In this document: positions 6,704 to 11,912 of the stretch, piece by piece
How the letters are laid out: every line of letters begins with the position of its first letter
Numbering within the stretch: the stretch's first letter is position 1
Assembly: GCA_001794905.1 (NCBI GenBank)
Contig: MGLW01000019.1
Span: 5,204-17,115 of the forward strand
DNA: 11,912 bases
Direction of reading: 5' to 3'
Origin: Chlamydiae bacterium RIFCSPHIGHO2_12_FULL_49_11
Lineage (GTDB): Bacteria > Chlamydiota > Chlamydiia > Chlamydiales > 2-12-FULL-49-11
Translations under genes and position numbers: made by a program
The notes under the pieces: generated by a model
Database searches by the model: none
Seen by the model: only the letters and a program-made list of their open reading frames with translations
What the model was told of the DNA's origin: nothing

Positions 6704-7538
6704 GCTGCTTTTCCAATTCTTCTTTGATTCCGATTCCGAGATAAGTAATTTCTGTATTTTGGCTCTTGGAAAGGATTGTCGTCGCTTCCCTGCCCATTTC
6801 TTGGAGTAAAAATTCGAGCTTCTTCCCGCCGCTCTCCCCGGACAATCCGGTTTCAAATTGCCTCGTATGGGACCGAAGGCGCACGAGTTCTTCCGTAATG
6901 TCGGCCTTTTCACACATAAAGGCCGCTTCACGAAGAATACGGTCGCGGTCTTCCTGCGAAACTTGCGTTGCCAGAGACGCCACTTTTTCCAAAAGCCGCT
7001 TTTCGACAGCGGCGCGATCGGCGGGAGAGCGCGTTTCAATCTCTCCGATGAGGGCAATGATGCGCCGGTTCCGCTCTTTCAAATCAAGGACAAGAGATGC
7101 TCCTTCCTCTTCTTTCATAGCAAGAAATGAGGCAACTAAGCGGTCGAAAGCCTCTTGAAACGCCTCTTCAACCCCGCCGGAACTTTCCTTGTCGAGGTTC
7201 ATTTCTTTCAAAAAAGAAAAAAGCTCGAGTACCGAATAATCCCGCTTCAATTGCAGCTTCTCCGAAAGCCGGGAAAGAGTGCGGTGGGCTCCCTCCACCA
7301 TCGCCTCGGCCATATTCAGGACCGCTGCAGGGGCCTCCATTACCACACGCATTGAGATCGCACCTCGGTGTATCTTGCTTTGCAAGCCGGCACGAATCAT
7401 CGCTTCCAAAAAGGCAAGTTCTCGCGGAAGAGAAACCTGTACTTCGAAAAACCGTTTGTTCGTAGAGCTCAAAATGAGCAAATACCGGCCACCGGCAAGC
7501 AAAACCTCTTCTTCGGCAAATCCGGTCATGCTTTTCAT
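6678..7538 (-). CDS. yicC: YicC/YloC family endoribonuclease
   Basis: MKSMTGF start, N.RFFE, I.RG.I, DITEELVRLRSH, GKKLEFLLQEM.RE and EKQREQVCNIE end. The yicC-gmk linkage is common. ATGA overlap with the rnhB stop. Confidence 0.93.
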   Translation of the reverse strand: MKSMTGFAEEEVLLAGGRYLLILSSTNKRFFEVQVSLPRELAFLEAMIRAGLQSKIHRGAISMRVVMEAPAAVLNMAEAMVEGAHRTLSRLSEKLQLKRDYSVLELFSFLKEMNLDKESSGGVEEAFQEAFDRLVASFLAMKEEEGASLVLDLKERNRRIIALIGEIETRSPADRAAVEKRLLEKVASLATQVSQEDRDRILREAAFMCEKADITEELVRLRSHTRQFETGLSGESGGKKLEFLLQEMGREATTILSKSQNTEITYLGIGIKEELEKQREQVCNIE

Positions 7539-8149
7539 GCGATCCTCGCTAGAGAGGCGCGGACCGGCGCGTATGTTTTCCGATGGATTTCGGACGGCCC
7601 AAGTTCATGGAGACGCTTGAGATGGCCCGGCGTACCGTAACCAAAGTGGGTTTCAAAGCCGTAGGGGTATTTTTCTCCGTATTCGGTCATGATCATATCA
7701 CGCACCACCTTTGCCACAATCGAAGCCGCTGCAATGCTGGCAACATACTTATCCCCTTCCACGATCGGCCATGTGGGAATCGTCGTTTTGGGCGCCCTGT
7801 TGCCATCGACAAGGAGCATATCGGGGGTAAAAGGAAGCTTCGAAACGGCACCCAGCATCGCGAGAAGCGAGGCTTGCAAAATATTGATTTCATCGATCAC
7901 CTCGTGACTGACCACATCATAGCGCACCACGAAATTCGCGTCTTCCATCATTCTGTCGAAAATGGCGCGGCGCCGTTTCGGGGAAAGAACCTTGCTGTCC
8001 TGGACACCGATCGTATGTTCCGGATTCTGCATCCAGCAACAAGCGGCAACGACAGGCCCTGCGAGCGAGCCGCGTCCCGCCTCGTCGATACCTACAGGAA
8101 AACGGGTTCCTTTTTCCTTCAAGCCCTTTTCGATATGTCTAAAGGTCAA
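7535..8149 (-). CDS. rnhB: Ribonuclease HII
   Basis: GIDEAGRGSLAGPVVAA, DSKVL, LVDGN, GD...ASIAAASIVAKVVRD, GYGT and HRKTY. The TTG start directly follows the rplS TAA. Confidence 0.96.
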   Translation of the reverse strand: MTFRHIEKGLKEKGTRFPVGIDEAGRGSLAGPVVAACCWMQNPEHTIGVQDSKVLSPKRRRAIFDRMMEDANFVVRYDVVSHEVIDEINILQASLLAMLGAVSKLPFTPDMLLVDGNRAPKTTIPTWPIVEGDKYVASIAAASIVAKVVRDMIMTEYGEKYPYGFETHFGYGTPGHLKRLHELGPSEIHRKTYAPVRASLARIA

Positions 8150-8527
8150 TTATGTTTCAATCGTTTCCGGATTCAAATCTGCGTTCTCTTGCGCTGCAAT
8201 TTTCGATTTTTTGCCGGTCATGCCGCGGATGTGATTGAGTTTGGAACGACGCGTTTTCCCTTTCTGGAGCGTTTCCACACGGACGACCGCAGGGCTGTGG
8301 AACGGGAAAATCTTCTCGTTCGGATAGCCGTACGACACTCGGTGCACGGTAAACGTTTTTGAAATGCCGATGCCGCGGATCTGGACAACGGTGCCCTCGT
8401 ACGCCTGCACTCGTTTCTTTTCTCCCTCGACAATCTCGGTCATGACGCGCACCTTATCTCCAATCTCAATGTGGTGGCTCTTGCCGCTTTCCAATTCTTT
8501 AGCTATTTTTTGGACAAATGGATCCAT
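8150..8527 (-). CDS. rplS: 50S ribosomal protein L19
   Basis: GDKVRV...EGEKKRVQAYEG, TFTVHRVSYG, EKIFPFHSP and GKTRRSKL. AGAGGAG RBS before ATG 8527. Confidence 0.96.
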   Translation of the reverse strand: MDPFVQKIAKELESGKSHHIEIGDKVRVMTEIVEGEKKRVQAYEGTVVQIRGIGISKTFTVHRVSYGYPNEKIFPFHSPAVVRVETLQKGKTRRSKLNHIRGMTGKKSKIAAQENADLNPETIET

Positions 8528-9203
8528 GTTCTCCTCTTCTTGTTTTCATCTTGGCTCTTCCGCTATCGTTACGCCACTGTTTAATTTTTGCTGCGTGCCC
8601 GGAGAGGAGCACTTCAGGCACCCCTCGCCCTTCGAAGGTGACGGGCCGCGTATAAAGCGGTCCTTCAAACCCGCTATCAGTATGGAACGTTTCGTCCCGC
8701 ACCCCTTCCGGATTCCCGATAAATCCGGGCACAAAACGGGCCACCGCCTCGATCACACAAAGCGTAGCCGGCATCCCGCTCGGGAGAATAAAATCTCCGA
8801 CCGACACTTCCCGAAACCGGAATTCTTCGGCCAGAATGTCGAGCGCTCTCTGATCGACCCCTTCGTAATGGCCCGAGAGAAGGACGATATGTTTCTCCTC
8901 GGACCCCAACACTTCGCACATCGTCGAGGTAAGCCTCTCCCCTTGGGGGGACAAAAACACGACGAGTGACTCGGGCGTCCCCACGCTTCGCACGGCAGAC
9001 ACAACCGGCCCCGGCATGAGCACCATCCCGGGCCCTCCCCCAAAAGGCCGATCATCAACCGACTTATGTTTATCCGTCGCAAAGTCACGGATCGATACGC
9101 AATCGACCGCCACAATCCCCTTCTCGCGCGCATGGAGCATCATGCTTGTGGAAAGCGGACCGTCAAAGTATTCGGAAAAAAGGGAAACGATCGAAAACCG
9201 CAT
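8499..9203 (-). CDS. trmD: tRNA (guanine37-N1)-methyltransferase
   Basis: VDDRPFGGGPGMVL, LSPQG, GHYEGVDQR, SVGDFIL, YTRP and VPEVLLSGHAAKI. The likely start is ATG 9203 (MRFSIVSLF), just after the rpsP stop. It overlaps rplS by 29 nt. Confidence 0.95.
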   Translation of the reverse strand: MRFSIVSLFSEYFDGPLSTSMMLHAREKGIVAVDCVSIRDFATDKHKSVDDRPFGGGPGMVLMPGPVVSAVRSVGTPESLVVFLSPQGERLTSTMCEVLGSEEKHIVLLSGHYEGVDQRALDILAEEFRFREVSVGDFILPSGMPATLCVIEAVARFVPGFIGNPEGVRDETFHTDSGFEGPLYTRPVTFEGRGVPEVLLSGHAAKIKQWRNDSGRAKMKTRRGEHGSICPKNS

Positions 9204-9208
9204 AGCAT

Positions 9209-9460
9209 TTACCGAGCTAATACTTCCGGGCAAGCTCGTTTGATCAAGATGCGCACACTTTCGGTGGGCTTGACCCCTTTCGAGAGCCAGTGGGCAATCT
9301 TGTCCTTATCGAGATCCAACTCTTTTTCCATGAGGGGGCTGTAATGTCCGACACAGTCGATATATTTCCCGTCGCGGGGATTGCGTATATCGGTCACGAC
9401 ACACCGGTATGATTTTCTGTTCTTCCGCCCGTTTTGGCGCAGTCTCATCACTAATGCCAT
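9209..9460 (-). CDS. rpsP: 30S ribosomal protein S16
   Basis: MRLRQNGRKNRKSYR, D.RNPRDGKYID.VG.Y.P and WLSKGVKPTESV. AAGGAG RBS before ATG 9460. Confidence 0.96.
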   Translation of the reverse strand: MALVMRLRQNGRKNRKSYRCVVTDIRNPRDGKYIDCVGHYSPLMEKELDLDKDKIAHWLSKGVKPTESVRILIKRACPEVLAR

Positions 9461-9487
9461 CAAAAACTCCTTATTTCACGAGCCGGC

Positions 9488-9516
9488 ATTGTAGCAACTC
9501 TTTACATTAATGTGGA
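9488..9516 (-). promoter_or_regulatory. Candidate internal promoter for rpsP-trmD-rplS
   Basis: On the minus strand: TCCACA (9516-9511) - 17 nt - TACAAT (9493-9488), with an extended -10 (TGcTACAAT). Confidence 0.55.
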
Positions 9517-10806
9517 GTTAAAATGTTTTTTCATTTTCGGCATTTGCTTCGAAAATTGTTTTAACTTCTTGAAATCTTTGACGAGGCGGTTCACATCTTC
9601 GATATTTTTTCCGCTTCCCAGGGCAATCCGTCGTCTGCGACTCGGCTCGAGTTCGACAAGGCCAGAGCGCTCTTTCAGCGTCATCGACAAGATCATGGCT
9701 TCCATTGACTTGAAATTCGACTCGGCCCCGCCCTCATCAATCATGTTTCGCATCTCCCCGGGGAGCATCTTGAAGAGGGACTTGAAAGACCCCATGCGCC
9801 GCATCATCGCCATTTGTTTCAAATAATCATCATAGGTAAAAGCGGCCTTCAAAAATTTCTTTTTCAGCTCTTCCTGCTGCTTCTCGTCGATATGGATTTT
9901 TGCCTTCCTGACAAGGTTCACGACGTCCCCCATCCCGAGAATCCGATCTGCCATCGATTTGGCATTGAACGGCTGCAGGTCTTCGAGGTGCTCGCCCACT
10001 CCTTCGAAATAGAGGGGCTTTCCGCTCGCTTCGCGGATCGAAAGAGCTGCCCCTGCACGCGAGGCGCCGTCCAGCATCGTCAAAATCGACCCATCGATCC
10101 CGATTTCCTCAGCAAACGTACGTGCCGTATTGACGGCATCCTGCCCGAGGTGGCTATTTGCGACAAATAGGGTGTACTGGGGATCGCATATTTTTTTCAC
10201 CTCGGCAAGTTCCTGCATGAGCTCACCGTCCACGGCAAGTCTGCCGGCACTATCAAAAATAATCACATCATAACCGGTTTCCCTGAGAGCGTACTGCACA
10301 ACAATGCAAGGATCGGTAGCGGCCCTGCTAAAAACATCGGTTCCGGTACTTTTTCCGAGTATGCGGAGCTGCTCTATTGCGGCGGGCCGTTTTAAATCAA
10401 GGGCCACAAGAAGTACCCGCTTTTTATCATGGAGGGCAAAATATCGGGCCATCTTGGCCGCCGTCGTCGTCTTCCCACTCCCTTGCAAACCCGCGAGCAA
10501 AATCCGCGTTGGCGTGTGGGAGAGGTTCAAAACCGGCTCTTCCGATCCCATAAGGCTGACAAGTTCCTCATGAACGATGTGAATGAACTGATCCCCCGTA
10601 TCCACCCCTTTGATGCGCTTTGAACCAGCCGCTTTTTCTTTCACCCGTTTGATGAAACCGCTCACAATCGGGTAAGACACGTCGGCATCGAGAAGGGCGA
10701 GCCGCACCTCGCGTGCAGCACTGGAAATCTCCTCTTCCGAAAGAACTGTTCTACCACGCAGTTTTTCCTTGAGGGCAAGAAATTTTTGTGAAATCGACTC
10801 GAACAT
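9502..10806 (-). CDS. ffh: Signal recognition particle protein Ffh
   Basis: ALLDADV, G1 GLQGSGKTT, DLKRPAA, G3 DSAGRL, G4-like TMLDG, RILGMGD and M-domain SRRRRIALGSG. Start is ATG 10806 (or GTG 10809). Confidence 0.97.
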   Translation of the reverse strand: MFESISQKFLALKEKLRGRTVLSEEEISSAAREVRLALLDADVSYPIVSGFIKRVKEKAAGSKRIKGVDTGDQFIHIVHEELVSLMGSEEPVLNLSHTPTRILLAGLQGSGKTTTAAKMARYFALHDKKRVLLVALDLKRPAAIEQLRILGKSTGTDVFSRAATDPCIVVQYALRETGYDVIIFDSAGRLAVDGELMQELAEVKKICDPQYTLFVANSHLGQDAVNTARTFAEEIGIDGSILTMLDGASRAGAALSIREASGKPLYFEGVGEHLEDLQPFNAKSMADRILGMGDVVNLVRKAKIHIDEKQQEELKKKFLKAAFTYDDYLKQMAMMRRMGSFKSLFKMLPGEMRNMIDEGGAESNFKSMEAMILSMTLKERSGLVELEPSRRRRIALGSGKNIEDVNRLVKDFKKLKQFSKQMPKMKKHFNSTLM

Positions 10807-10811
10807 CACGA

Positions 10812-11438
10812 CTAGAATATACCCTTATCACCGTTATATTCAAGAGAGTAATAGCGGAGGCGACCGAACTGGTCGGGAATGATCCTACCCTTTGTCCAGC
10901 AAGGGGCGCTAAAGATTTCGGGGAGGCGGTCGATGATCATGGGGCTTGATTCGAGATAAAGATGAGCCCCCGGCCGGAGAAATGGGGCGGCGCCTAGGAC
11001 AATAGCGCGGTAATATTTGAGGCCGTCCCACCCCCCATGAAGGGCAAGTTTAGGCTCGCAGTCTTTCACCGAAGGGTCGAGGGCTTTGTATTCGGCGCTT
11101 GTCACGTACGGGGGGTTTGAGACAAGGATGTCGTAGAGTTTTGGGGGAAGATCACGAAAAAGGTCGCTTTGGATGGTTTCCACCTCCAAGCCGTTACGCA
11201 CTGCATTGGTTCTTGCAACGCCAAGAGCTTCTTCCGAAATATCGGAAAGGGTGACTTCGAAAGCCGGATTTTCTTGCTTCAAGGCAAGACCGATGCAGCC
11301 GCTTCCCGTACATAAATCGAGAACGCAGCCCGATTTTTCCCTCTGCAGTATGAGTTCGACCAGGTGTTCTGTCTCGAGTCTTGGGATGAGCACGTCGGGC
11401 GTAATCCATAGGTCAAGATGGTAAAAAGAAAGGTTCAC
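10812..11438 (-). CDS. prmC: Release factor glutamine methyltransferase (HemK/PrmC), catalytic domain only
   Basis: [28 protein letters not shown] and EPKLAL.GG.DGL. It follows prfA with a GTGA overlap and is only 208 aa. Confidence 0.92.
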   Translation of the reverse strand: MNLSFYHLDLWITPDVLIPRLETEHLVELILQREKSGCVLDLCTGSGCIGLALKQENPAFEVTLSDISEEALGVARTNAVRNGLEVETIQSDLFRDLPPKLYDILVSNPPYVTSAEYKALDPSVKDCEPKLALHGGWDGLKYYRAIVLGAAPFLRPGAHLYLESSPMIIDRLPEIFSAPCWTKGRIIPDQFGRLRYYSLEYNGDKGIF

Positions 11439-11912
11439 TGGAATTTTTTTTGGTAAAAGTAGGTTACCAGAGGTTGCAAGAGATCGTCGAGATGCCCCTC
11501 CATGACACGGTCGAGCTGATACAGGGTGAGATCGATCCGGTGATCGGTCACTCGGTTTTGCGAAAAATTGTAGGTGCGGACCCTGTCGGACCTGTCACCG
11601 GTTCCCATTTGTTCCATGCGCATACGGGAAAGCTCTTCCTCTTGCCGCCTTTTTCGCTCATCTAGCACTTTGGCTTTCAAAATGCGCATCGCTTTCTCAC
11701 GGTTTTTGATTTGTGACCTCTCATCTTGACATGTCACGACAATGCCGGTCGGAAGGTGGGTGATGCGGACGGCTGAGTCGGTGGTGTTGACATGCTGGCC
11801 ACCGGCGCCGGCAGAACGGTAGGTATCGATGCGAAGGTCTTTTTCTTCGATATAGATGTCGTGGTCTTCGTCCGGCTCCAGGAGTACGGCAACAGTGATG
11901 GCTGACGTGTGG
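11435..11912 (-). CDS. prfA: Peptide chain release factor 1 (C-terminal part; 5' end outside the window)
   Basis: The frame is open to the right edge: [10 protein letters not shown]...[30 protein letters not shown]...QDERSQ.KN...[25 protein letters not shown] motif, upstream of prmC. Confidence 0.97.
   Translation of the reverse strand, partial: HTSAITVAVLLEPDEDHDIYIEEKDLRIDTYRSAGAGGQHVNTTDSAVRITHLPTGIVVTCQDERSQIKNREKAMRILKAKVLDERKRRQEEELSRMRMEQMGTGDRSDRVRTYNFSQNRVTDHRIDLTLYQLDRVMEGHLDDLLQPLVTYFYQKKFQ

Noticed and set aside
6704-7057. 118-aa N-terminal extension of gmk, or a YicC-Gmk frameshift fusion
   Set aside because: The extension overlaps the conserved YicC C-terminus and reads as off-frame (R/K/S/W-rich) sequence. 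gmk has plausible GTG/TTG starts near the yicC stop.
4387-11665. Many alternative-frame and antisense ORFs over metG-prfA (for example 5120-5734, 7583-8362, 8364-8969)
   Set aside because: They overlap well-conserved housekeeping genes and show no family motifs.
1-11912. CRISPR array, tRNA/rRNA, transposase, prophage or defence genes
   Set aside because: No regularly spaced repeats or such genes were seen. The intergenic gaps are short (at most about 160 nt) and show no tRNA-like structure.

Overview
Bacterial DNA of roughly 50% GC, almost certainly from the Chlamydiae (Chlamydiota), probably an environmental lineage. The right ~10 kb is the conserved chlamydial housekeeping block: prfA(partial)-prmC-ffh-rpsP-trmD-rplS-rnhB-yicC-gmk-rpoZ-like-metG on the minus strand, convergent with recD2 on the plus strand. 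Apart from yicC, this is the order I recall for C. trachomatis CT023-CT033. The left ~1.95 kb is accessory. It holds two divergently transcribed, eukaryote-like candidate effector genes separated by a very AT-rich spacer. One (minus strand, 861 to <1) is missing from the ORF track because it runs off the window edge, and carries a GHA...NTGxG papain-fold His/Asn motif. The other (1021-1944) looks like a degenerate mitochondrial carrier (SLC25) protein. Other oddities: PrmC lacks its N-terminal domain and lies in the -1 frame just after an A-AAA-AAA slippery site at the end of prfA; the omega-like subunit is only 56 aa; a C8 tract lies in a candidate leaderless recD2 promoter; and the recD2/metG gap has an IS5-like end plus a REP-like hairpin. 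All family calls are by-eye motif recognition, not database searches.
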